Shown here in pieces: positions 1-7,159 of a DNA stretch of 64,000 nt. The stretch comes from a virus, in IMG/VR virus record IMGVR_UViG_3300044617_001255, positions 1 through 64,000 of that record. The stretch is one strand, 5' to 3'. A program made the translations under genes and the position numbers. The number at the start of each line of letters is the position of its first letter. Position 1 is the stretch's first letter. Below the pieces are notes generated by a model. That model searched no databases, had not been told where the DNA came from, and worked only from the letters and a program-made list of their open reading frames with translations.

Positions 1-641
1 TCTTTATATGAAATCCATTTTTTATTTTTTGCATCCACTGTTGTATTTGTAGTAATCCAACATTTATCCCATTGATAAAATAAAGATTTACATGGAGCAT
101 ACACATTTAAATTTGGAATTACTTCTTTTGCGTAACCAACATCTAATGGTATTTTTCTATTAATTGTACTATTAGAATTATTAATAAATGTTTCAATTGC
201 TTTTTGATTTAAAAATATCATTGCGTGCGTTCCGAGGCAATGTTTTAGTTTAATCCAATTATCATTATAAAATTCACAATAAAAATCAACACCTAAATCT
301 TTCCATGAACCTGCAGTAGAAATACCCATGTAAATTACATCAGCATCATCTGGAACACTTATTTTTCCTTCTGTCACATACTCACTATACCAAATTGTTG
401 GTTTTGCATCATCTTCTAAAATAAATAGAGGTAAATTATTTTTATATTGAATCATCAAATCATGATGACTTTGACTACAACCATGATTAAAATCTCTTTT
501 TTTCGGTAATAATCTAGCAGAAAATCTCTCTATATTAGAATAGTTTAAGTTTGATATATTTTCTTCAAACTTATTTTTTCTGTTGGTATCTCTATCTAAA
601 TTAATGTATACCTTTTTAATACTACAAAGATCAATAATCAT
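1..641 (-). CDS. Glycosyltransferase family 25-like protein (3' end beyond window start; not in ORF track)
   Basis: Hand translation from ATG at 641: MIIDLCSIKKVYINLDRDTNRK...RFSAR...GCSQSH...FILEDDAK; INLDR, GCxxSH and EDD motifs typical of GT25. Confidence 0.7.
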   Translation of the reverse strand, partial: MIIDLCSIKKVYINLDRDTNRKNKFEENISNLNYSNIERFSARLLPKKRDFNHGCSQSHHDLMIQYKNNLPLFILEDDAKPTIWYSEYVTEGKISVPDDADVIYMGISTAGSWKDLGVDFYCEFYNDNWIKLKHCLGTHAMIFLNQKAIETFINNSNSTINRKIPLDVGYAKEVIPNLNVYAPCKSLFYQWDKCWITTNTTVDAKNKKWISYK

Positions 642-1249
642 TTAACTTTCCCCTTTAGTCTACGACTAGCTTGTGTATGCTCTATTACTATTTCGTTTTC
701 TGGTTCGAACCATTTACAGTCAAATACTTTGCAATAACCTTGTGGAAGATTAAAAGTTTTCAATCCTTTATTGTCAAATTCTTCCCATACTTTCTGTAAA
801 CTTTGTTGTTCCCATACAGTTGGATTTGCTTCACTTTGCTTTTTCCATGCATGAATCAAATCTATTGCTATTTGAGTATTATTAAAGAATAATGTTCCAC
901 CAGCAAGTGCTTCATTTCCTCTGGACCAGGGTTTTAAGTGTGTATTTCTGGGTTGATTCCATACATTTGGAATCCAGTAACAAGCAAAATCATATTTCTC
1001 TAGTTCTTCAAATAGTTTTGGTTTTGCTTTAAATCTTGCATCTGCATCGGTCCATAGAATACCCATTTTGTATTCGTGAATTGAATTTAATATTACTTCT
1101 GCTTTCATTGTGCAATTATGAACCCATGATTTTTTGCTAGGCATTTCATATGATTTAAAAGATGTATCAAGAAATGCACTACAGGATTTTTTCCATTCTG
1201 AAGCTTCTTGAGTGTACTCTGGTGTATAAAAAGTTACTACGGTTATCAT
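638..1249 (-). CDS. Nucleotide-diphospho-sugar transferase (GT-A fold)
   Basis: W..N...K motif, DxD (WTDADA), GGTLFF, EQQSL; paralogue of next gene. Confidence 0.65.
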   Translation of the reverse strand: MITVVTFYTPEYTQEASEWKKSCSAFLDTSFKSYEMPSKKSWVHNCTMKAEVILNSIHEYKMGILWTDADARFKAKPKLFEELEKYDFACYWIPNVWNQPRNTHLKPWSRGNEALAGGTLFFNNTQIAIDLIHAWKKQSEANPTVWEQQSLQKVWEEFDNKGLKTFNLPQGYCKVFDCKWFEPENEIVIEHTQASRRLKGKVK

Positions 1250-1869
1250 TCTTTCCTATTTACTTTCTGCATTACCGAAGCCAAATCATGCAACACAACT
1301 GCATTTCTGCTTCCATGTAACTTATCTATCTGGCAATATTCTCTTGGAAACCATTCAGTATCAGGTTGAACGTCTGCCCATGCTTGCTGTAGATTCCACT
1401 GATCCCAATTAGTTGGATGCTCTTGCCCAAGTTCAATCCATCTTTCTACCATTCTGCGAATGCTTTCACATGGTTCAAAAAGAAGAGTTCCGCTATTGAA
1501 CCAGATATTTCCAAGATTTTTAGGCCAATTTACTGGTAGTGAAATTGGTTCACGATCCACTTGTTTTCTTGTTGGTCCACCAGGTTCAGCACGAACCCCG
1601 AATGAAGCAGTAGTACTTTCAAGAAGATCTGGATATTTGCCAAATCTACCATCTGCGTCAACCCAAACTACTTTTTTATCATGCTTTGTTATGCAATCCA
1701 TTATGAAAGTTGCCTTATAATTGCAATTTTTTACCCAGGAACCCCTATCTTCAACTTGTCGTATGTCATAAGGTAAATTGAAATTCTTGCAAGATTCAAT
1801 CAGTCTTTCTGCCATTTTCTGATAAATGTTCTTTGGAGTAAAAAAAGACACTACTATTATTTCTGCCAT
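1246..1869 (-). CDS. Nucleotide-diphospho-sugar transferase (GT-A fold)
   Basis: WVDADG, NSGTLLF, DQWNL motifs. Confidence 0.65.
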   Translation of the reverse strand: MAEIIVVSFFTPKNIYQKMAERLIESCKNFNLPYDIRQVEDRGSWVKNCNYKATFIMDCITKHDKKVVWVDADGRFGKYPDLLESTTASFGVRAEPGGPTRKQVDREPISLPVNWPKNLGNIWFNSGTLLFEPCESIRRMVERWIELGQEHPTNWDQWNLQQAWADVQPDTEWFPREYCQIDKLHGSRNAVVLHDLASVMQKVNRKE

Positions 1870-2885
1870 GGCATATTCCTTTTGGATCTTTCAAGACGCA
1901 TTTGCCGTATTGTTCTTCTATCGTGAATAACTTTCTCTTCTTTTTTTTCAATTATTTGTTTTGACTGACTACCTAATATTTTTTCTCTGTATTCCTGTCT
2001 TTTTTTCTTTTCTTGAATTATTCTTTTTCTTAAAGAATTTCTTTTTTGCTCATCTATTGATGGTTCTTTAATTTTTACTATATTTTGTTTTTCTACACTA
2101 TCTCTTGGTTGTATTCTTACATTATTTTGTCTTTTTATTTCTCTTTTTATTCTTGGTATATTTGTTACATTTGATACAACATTTACCTTCATGGAACTTT
2201 GTATGCATTCATAATCATAAATATTTAGATCATAATCTTGAAGTTCAAATGTCTCTTGATTAAAGGCAGGAACAAATGATTCAAATACTGGTCCACATTT
2301 CCAAGAATACCACTCAAATCCACGTTTTAGAGCATATGGATACCATTCTTTTAATGTAGACTCTGCTTGATTTAAACTTTTTAAATAATTTGATGACTTT
2401 TTCTTATCATTATTATTCATTTCATATGCATATTTTTCATCTGGACTTTTTGCAGAAAGATCATTTCCTGCAAATATTAAAGTCTTGATTCCAAGATAAT
2501 GAAGAACTTGTATTGCAAATGTTATTGATTTATGTGGTCCACGAATAAAGTCACTATTTTGAGTAAACAAATCTGTTTCAAGATAATTTGTCTTGTTTGA
2601 TGTTCTATAATTGCAAACCACTATATTTGTATTTGAATTTCTTTCATTCTTATTTGATGGTATAAATTTTAGTATTTTAGAATTTTCGTTTGCTCTTTTG
2701 CCTTCTTCTCCATGCATATCATTCAATCTATCAGCATAAATCCATATATGTGGATTTGGAATATAACGAATTGCTGTGCTTATTGCAACCACAGGAAGTC
2801 CAAGACTGAATACATCTACGTTTCTAATAGATGGACCTGAACAGGCAACAACTGCTTTATCTATTGGGTAACATTTCTCGTTCAT
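1857..2885 (-). CDS. MptE/Maf-like (DUF115-type) sugar-transferase-related domain with basic coiled-coil tail
   Basis: VVACSGPS, VVAIS, AIQVLHYLGIKTLIFAGNDL pattern. Confidence 0.45.
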   Translation of the reverse strand: MNEKCYPIDKAVVACSGPSIRNVDVFSLGLPVVAISTAIRYIPNPHIWIYADRLNDMHGEEGKRANENSKILKFIPSNKNERNSNTNIVVCNYRTSNKTNYLETDLFTQNSDFIRGPHKSITFAIQVLHYLGIKTLIFAGNDLSAKSPDEKYAYEMNNNDKKKSSNYLKSLNQAESTLKEWYPYALKRGFEWYSWKCGPVFESFVPAFNQETFELQDYDLNIYDYECIQSSMKVNVVSNVTNIPRIKREIKRQNNVRIQPRDSVEKQNIVKIKEPSIDEQKRNSLRKRIIQEKKKRQEYREKILGSQSKQIIEKKEEKVIHDRRTIRQMRLERSKRNMPWQK

Positions 2886-3516
2886 ATTTTTTTATTGATT
2901 CATATAAATTTTTGACATGATCAATCGGATTCTCTTGGAATACATTCACACTTCCATCTTCGCATGACATCAATATTGCAACATTATTTATTTGAACACC
3001 AGTTCTCTCTTTACACATTATTGCATATGCCGTTGCTTGCATGAAATATTCCTTGATGTCAGAGTAATGCTTTTCTCTTGCTGCAGTTTTGAAATCTATT
3101 ACAGAAAGAACACCATTGTATTCTGCTATGCAATCTACTCTTCCTGCAAGACGAAGAGTAGATGACCACAAAGGCATTTCTTGACATCTTATGTTGTTTA
3201 TCTTATTAATTTCTGGAAGAATTTGTTGATATAACATTGATTCGTAGTATGAATATTTTTTTACATCTACTTCAGTATTATTCAAATAATCCTCTATCAT
3301 TTTATGAAAATTTGTTCCTCGCTTGACTGCTCTTTCTGCTCTTTCTGGATTATTCTTTCTCCATTCTGCAAAGAACTGTCTTTTTTCATAACCTGTTACA
3401 GAAGTTACAGAAGGATATAATTCCCCGGTAGGAATTTTATAAAAACGATTTCCGTTTGTTTCTTCTGTTATAAGATCTGGTTGCTTATCGAAAGGTACAT
3501 GTATAAATGAATGCAA
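2857..3516 (-). CDS. PD-(D/E)XK Cas4/Exo5-like exonuclease of T4-like phages
   Basis: YPSVTSV, RGTNFH, E-x-L-W, AGRVDCI, IDFKT, QATAY motifs; RBS AAGGAG before TTG start. Confidence 0.85.
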   Translation of the reverse strand: MHSFIHVPFDKQPDLITEETNGNRFYKIPTGELYPSVTSVTGYEKRQFFAEWRKNNPERAERAVKRGTNFHKMIEDYLNNTEVDVKKYSYYESMLYQQILPEINKINNIRCQEMPLWSSTLRLAGRVDCIAEYNGVLSVIDFKTAAREKHYSDIKEYFMQATAYAIMCKERTGVQINNVAILMSCEDGSVNVFQENPIDHVKNLYESIKKYEREMLPNR

Positions 3517-3549
3517 ATTTCACTCCTTACGTTTACAGTATGTATCTGT

Positions 3550-3586
3550 AAAAATAAAGATGGATTCGGATTTCTCCGAATCCATC
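3550..3586 (-). terminator. Intrinsic terminator of the small RNA
   Basis: Perfect 12-bp stem 3559-3570/3575-3586, GAAA tetraloop on - strand, followed by UUUAUUUUU. Confidence 0.85.
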
Positions 3587-3669
3587 CACTATAACGGTCA
3601 GAAGGTAGCGAAATTACTTGCCCGCATGAATGGCGTAATCGACGCCTCTCGGTAAGTGAATGTCTGACC
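3550..3669 (-). ncRNA. Candidate ~120-nt late small RNA antisense to host 23S rRNA H69-H70 and the flanks of H71
   Basis: + strand 3588-3620 matches 23S 1913-1945 (30/33) and 3621-3639 matches 1961-1979 (17/19, E. coli); bounded by late promoter and terminator on - strand. Confidence 0.8.
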
Positions 3670-3674
3670 ACATA

Positions 3675-3682
3675 TATTTATA
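3675..3682 (-). promoter_or_regulatory. T4-type late promoter TATAAATA
   Basis: TATTTATA on + strand; 5 nt upstream of the 5' stem of the small RNA. Confidence 0.75.
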
Positions 3683-3689
3683 TAATTTA

Positions 3690-3914
3690 TTATCTTGACC
3701 TACAAGAAATTCTTGCAGCCCTACGAAGATTTTCCTTATCTTCTGCGGGAATAATGACGATTTCTGGGGCTGTTTTATGATACCAGTCCATAAAGCCCTT
3801 ATAGGGCTTCACAGTTGAACATTTGACGCAAGTTGTGACGTTTGGAATGGCTTCAATACGACCTGCAGGAATGACAGTATTACACGACTCACAATGACGT
3901 TCAAAAACGCTCAT
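3690..3914 (-). CDS. TraR/DksA C4-type zinc-finger protein
   Basis: CESC..IPAGRIEAIP..TTCVKC pattern; lacks the N-terminal coiled coil. Confidence 0.75.
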   Translation of the reverse strand: MSVFERHCESCNTVIPAGRIEAIPNVTTCVKCSTVKPYKGFMDWYHKTAPEIVIIPAEDKENLRRAARISCRSR

Positions 3915-4089
3915 AACTCTCCTTGATCATCTTACGCTGAATGACATAAAGACCATCAATTGCAGCCTTTCGTTCCTTGTGCGTTTTACGACCATAGCAA
4001 CGTCTAGGTTGAGCAATTGCATGACGATAAGAGGCAGATCCCTGACGTTCTGCCTCTTGATCAATACTATCCCAAATTCTCTTAGCCAT
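3901..4089 (-). CDS. Hypothetical basic protein, leaderless early gene
   Basis: ATG 6 nt after TACAAT of the promoter at 4096-4123. Confidence 0.6.
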   Translation of the reverse strand: MAKRIWDSIDQEAERQGSASYRHAIAQPRRCYGRKTHKERKAAIDGLYVIQRKMIKESYERF

Positions 4090-4095
4090 GACACT

Positions 4096-4123
4096 ATTGT
4101 ATCATATTGCTATGAGATGTCAA
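4096..4123 (-). promoter_or_regulatory. Early sigma70-type promoter TTGACA-N16-TACAAT
   Basis: tgtcaa 4118-4123, attgta 4096-4101. Confidence 0.75.
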
Positions 4124-4259
4124 GTTTTGGATTGAGAAAGATCTTTTTTTATTTTTTGAATAAGATCAGTTCTTATCTTTTCATCTATTTTTTTGCCTTG
4201 CTTTTTCAATTCTGCAAGTTTGACAAAAAGATATTTTTTAATAAGTTCTTCTATATCTT

Positions 4260-4538
4260 TCATAAAATTGTATTTTCTACAATTATTCCCATTACAATAT
4301 CGCTTATTTTGCAATTTGAAATTAAAGACTTCTTTGCAAGACTCATAAGAATTTGTTTTGAACTTTCAGAATTATCAAAATATAATGTTATACTGAAAGA
4401 ATCGCTATCAACATCATATTCTTTTTGCTCTTCGTTTTCTTTTGGTTGTTGTTGAATGTTTTCAAGATTTTTCTTTATGTTTTCAATTACCGATTGCATG
4501 TATTCATGATCAAAATTTTCAGGCATTGTATTCTCCAA
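4260..4538 (-). CDS. Hypothetical protein
   Basis: ORF track; in - strand gene run. Confidence 0.5.
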   Translation of the reverse strand: MENTMPENFDHEYMQSVIENIKKNLENIQQQPKENEEQKEYDVDSDSFSITLYFDNSESSKQILMSLAKKSLISNCKISDIVMGIIVENTIL

Positions 4539-4540
4539 TA

Positions 4541-4578
4541 AAAAAATAAAGAGGTGGTTTTAGCCACCTCTTTATTTA
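4541..4578. terminator. Bidirectional intrinsic terminator
   Basis: aaaaaataaagaggtgg-tttta-gccacctctttatttt. Confidence 0.7.
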
Positions 4579-4599
4579 TACTCGCTACCTTCTTGAGTA

Positions 4600-4878
4600 T
4601 CAGCGAATTGCGTAACGGCTACCGTTTGCGCGGAATCCGTAACGACGACGACCTGGATGCACATCTCGCATACCATAGCAGGTCTTGCCGCTTGCAGTCG
4701 TCTCACGAACAATCTGCCAGTTTCCGTACTCCGTAACTACCTCACGAATATCACTCATGGTAGCACGAAGATTACGGACACCAAAGCGAGCCCGAGCCTG
4801 ATCTGGAGTCAGGGTACGACCATTTGCTAGGTAGTTGATTACCTTGCGCATCTTGCTCATATTACGTGTCATTGTCAT
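4600..4878 (-). CDS. Small winged-HTH-like DNA-binding protein
   Basis: VINYL..GRTLT..QA..RFGV.NL.A..SDIR pattern; RBS GAGG. Confidence 0.55.
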   Translation of the reverse strand: MTMTRNMSKMRKVINYLANGRTLTPDQARARFGVRNLRATMSDIREVVTEYGNWQIVRETTASGKTCYGMRDVHPGRRRYGFRANGSRYAIR

Positions 4879-4893
4879 AACTAGTTACCTCAA

Positions 4894-4948
4894 TGATGCT
4901 TCTCACTAAAAAGTTTTTGAAATTAAGCATCAAACATTTCAAAAACTT
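4894..4948 (-). other. H-type RNA pseudoknot ahead of the RBS of the wHTH gene
   Basis: S1 AAGTTTTTGAAAT/ATTTCAAAAACTT; loop TGATGCTT pairs with downstream AAGCATCA. Confidence 0.6.
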
Positions 4949-4955
4949 ACGTTAG

Positions 4956-5029
4956 TAGCGCGAGTGGGATTCGAACCCACACATAAAAGCATTTTGAATA
5001 CTCCGACTCTGCCGTTGGTCTACCGCGCT
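4956..5029 (-). tRNA. tRNA-Leu(CAA), short variable arm
   Basis: Cloverleaf AGCGCGG/TCGCGCT, loop TTCAAAA, TTCGAAT T-loop. Confidence 0.75.
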
Positions 5030-5034
5030 TACAA

Positions 5035-5119
5035 TGGGAATGGTGGGAATCGAACCCACATGGTTTTTAAAACCGACAGATTTTAAGTCTGTTGCGTCTG
5101 CCTATTCCGCCACAGTCCC
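5035..5119 (-). tRNA. tRNA-Leu(TAA)
   Basis: Anticodon loop CTTAAAA, long variable arm, TTCGATT T-loop. Confidence 0.92.
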
Positions 5120-5130
5120 ATATTTAACAA

Positions 5131-5202
5131 AGCGGATGATCGGATTCGAACCGATGGCGATCTGCTTGGAAGGCAGACATTCTACCACTGAATTACACCC
5201 GC
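5131..5202 (-). tRNA. tRNA-Gly(TCC)
   Basis: GCGGGTG/CATCCGC, loop CTTCCAA. Confidence 0.92.
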
Positions 5203-5205
5203 AAG

Positions 5206-5279
5206 TACTCCCACTGGGAATCGAACCCAGAGTCTTCGCCTTGAAAGGGCGGTGATTTAGCCAGTTAATCTATGGGAGC
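5206..5279 (-). tRNA. tRNA-Glu(TTC)
   Basis: GCTCCCA/TGGGAGT, loop CTTTCAA. Confidence 0.92.
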
Positions 5280-5328
5280 AGGAAAACCCCATTACTTTGC
5301 CCGGGGTCCAGGCGGATCTCAGCTGATC

Positions 5329-5418
5329 CTAGCGTCTTGCAAGGGCTCTTGCCCTTCTCATTTTGCTTCCAACCTTACGACGGCGTTTGAATTTTCTGTG
5401 TGCGGTTTTACGAGACAT
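5329..5418 (-). CDS. 29-aa Arg/Lys-rich peptide MSRKTAHRKFKRRRKVGSKMRRARALARR (below ORF-track cutoff)
   Basis: Hand translation; RBS-like AAAGGT upstream; overlaps the end of the TrmH gene. Confidence 0.6.
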   Translation of the reverse strand: MSRKTAHRKFKRRRKVGSKMRRARALARR

Positions 5419-5962
5419 TGCACTTTACCTTTCGACAATAATCATACATTGCGATACCCGATGCAGTTCCAACATTCAGACTTCTTACTGATCCATACTG
5501 CGTAATATACACGATATCATCGCACTTGTCAAGAACATTCTGCGGAATTCCTTTCTGCTCCTCACCAAAAATCATGAGAGTATGAGCATCATCTGACCAA
5601 TCATAAGTCTCAACAGGAACAGAAGAAGAAATATTATCAAACCCAACAACACGAAGATTCGAATGATTATTCTTAAGATCCATGATATAATCTTCCAGAT
5701 CATCAATAGTCTTTACATGTTGGAACCTAGTATATAGATGAGTCCCAACAGTGCCACGCCTATCGTAACGCTTGTTCCCGTAAATAACCACCTTTTCAGC
5801 AAGGAAAGCATTCGCATTTCGTATAACAGTAGCAATGTTAAAATCATTCCCAAGATTACAGCAAAGAACTGTAAAATTATTTCTTTTACTATCCAGATCT
5901 GCAATGATTGCATCATGATCCCAATAATGATAAAAGTCGATGATGTTACGTGTCTCTTCCAT
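5408..5962 (-). CDS. TrmH/SpoU (SPOUT) RNA 2'-O-methyltransferase
   Basis: NIATVIR, IFGEEQKG, SLNVGTASGIAMY SPOUT motifs. Confidence 0.9.
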   Translation of the reverse strand: MEETRNIIDFYHYWDHDAIIADLDSKRNNFTVLCCNLGNDFNIATVIRNANAFLAEKVVIYGNKRYDRRGTVGTHLYTRFQHVKTIDDLEDYIMDLKNNHSNLRVVGFDNISSSVPVETYDWSDDAHTLMIFGEEQKGIPQNVLDKCDDIVYITQYGSVRSLNVGTASGIAMYDYCRKVKCNVS

Positions 5963-5964
5963 AA

Positions 5965-6035
5965 TACGCGGTTCAGGTGCTGCCCCTGAATGAGCCGATT
6001 ATAAGTCGGCCTGCGAAGCTGTCCGCCCACCGCGC
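5965..6035 (-). tRNA. Atypical tRNA-Ile(TAT)
   Basis: Acceptor GCGCGGT/ACCGCGT, anticodon arm GCCGA-CTTATAA-TCGGC, T-stem TCAGG/CCTGA with non-canonical loop GGCAGCA. Confidence 0.7.
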
Positions 6036-6045
6036 AAGTGCGTTC

Positions 6046-6073
6046 ATTATACCGTATCCTGCTCGTTTGTCAA
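6046..6073 (-). promoter_or_regulatory. Early promoter TTGACA-N16-TATAAT upstream of tRNA-Ile
   Basis: tgtcaa 6068-6073, attata 6046-6051. Confidence 0.75.
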
Positions 6074-6325
6074 GCCAGAAGTCTTGTAAAGAATACGACT
6101 TTTCTTGTTGTTGACATGACCAGATGGGCTCTTCATGAAGTAATTGCTCTTCTGACGATCTTCATCGTGACCAAGGCGATAATTTACAGATTCAATGCCA
6201 ATAATATTCATCTCCATTTTTGCAAGGCGATTATCAAAGCAAAAACGAATAATAGAATCTGCAGCACGAAGTGCTTCCTCTTCTGTGCCATCAATTGGAA
6301 TATCAATATGCAAACGATATGTCAT
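6047..6325 (-). CDS. Hypothetical protein
   Basis: ORF track; ATGA overlap with upstream gene. Confidence 0.55.
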   Translation of the reverse strand: MTYRLHIDIPIDGTEEEALRAADSIIRFCFDNRLAKMEMNIIGIESVNYRLGHDEDRQKSNYFMKSPSGHVNNKKSRILYKTSGLTNEQDTV

Positions 6326-6660
6326 TTTTCTTCCTTTGTAAACTTTAGATCATCAGAACCATAAGGCCATCTACTGTCTTTGTCAATCAAATTCCTGATT
6401 ACCAATTCATCAAGAAATTCATCTATCATTAGAATAGATTCTTCGCTTATAGGCCACTCATTTTCAGGATAATTTTCATCCTTGCAATCTGGATCTTTCT
6501 TGCAATTTTTCATTTCACCAACTATAAGATCACCAATTTTTGCAATGTTACCAAGAATACCTAAAGTAGTTGCTGCCCGATAAAAGAGATATTTATCTGG
6601 TAGGTTTTCTGTAGTTTTTGCCATTTTACGCAACTCATAAATCATTTCAGAAATTTTCAT
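6322..6660 (-). CDS. Hypothetical protein
   Basis: RBS AAGGAG. Confidence 0.6.
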   Translation of the reverse strand: MKISEMIYELRKMAKTTENLPDKYLFYRAATTLGILGNIAKIGDLIVGEMKNCKKDPDCKDENYPENEWPISEESILMIDEFLDELVIRNLIDKDSRWPYGSDDLKFTKEEK

Positions 6661-6670
6661 GGCATTCTCC

Positions 6671-7048
6671 TTAAAACTTCATTTTTTGCATACCATCATT
6701 CGTACTATAGTAGATAGTATCAAATACTTCCTTACACCAACCAGTGCAAAGATTGCATGGACGAGCCATACGCATCTCACCAAACTGATTGAAACGGAAA
6801 TTCATGAGAATAAGATTTTCATCCCTGAGATGCTTTGGAACCTTTCTAAATGCATCTAGTTCCGAATGCATTTCATCAAAAGGATAGCCGATTTCCTTGG
6901 CAATAGGATGCGTCTTAAAATAATTTCTTCCAATAGAAATAATTCGCTTTCCATGAACAATAATAGATACATGCTTCTTCTGCCTTGGAATTTCAAGACA
7001 AAGAGGATAAGCGAGATTAGCAAAATTAGAAATCTGATTGTCAGTCAT
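6671..7048 (-). CDS. Cytidine/dCMP deaminase-superfamily protein
   Basis: HSE and PCNLC zinc-binding motifs. Confidence 0.75.
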   Translation of the reverse strand: MTDNQISNFANLAYPLCLEIPRQKKHVSIIVHGKRIISIGRNYFKTHPIAKEIGYPFDEMHSELDAFRKVPKHLRDENLILMNFRFNQFGEMRMARPCNLCTGWCKEVFDTIYYSTNDGMQKMKF

Positions 7049-7050
7049 AA

Positions 7051-7123
7051 CGCTCCTACCTGGATTCGAACCAGGAAGAACCGCTTAGAAGGCGGTGGGT
7101 TTATCCGATTAGCCTATAGGAGC
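7051..7123 (-). tRNA. tRNA-Arg(TCT)
   Basis: GCTCCTA/TAGGAGC, loop CTTCTAA. Confidence 0.92.
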
Positions 7124-7131
7124 ATGGACGT

Positions 7132-7159
7132 ATTATATCAAGTTGTATCTGGTTGTCAA
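7132..7159 (-). promoter_or_regulatory. Early promoter TTGACA-N16-TATAAT upstream of tRNA-Arg
   Basis: tgtcaa 7154-7159, attata 7132-7137. Confidence 0.75.

Noticed and set aside
3588-3639. True rRNA gene fragment, contamination or intact I-CeuI homing site
   Set aside because: Only 52 nt, H71 is cleanly skipped, mismatches are compensated in the element's own fold-back arm, phage promoter and terminator flank it, and the central CCTAA of the I-CeuI site reads CAGAA
3468-3671. 67-aa ORF over the small RNA locus
   Set aside because: No RBS, runs through a strong terminator, overlaps the exonuclease start, and the sequence is better explained by rRNA complementarity and self-pairing
5034-5255. 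73-aa + strand ORF
   Set aside because: Antisense shadow of three tRNA genes
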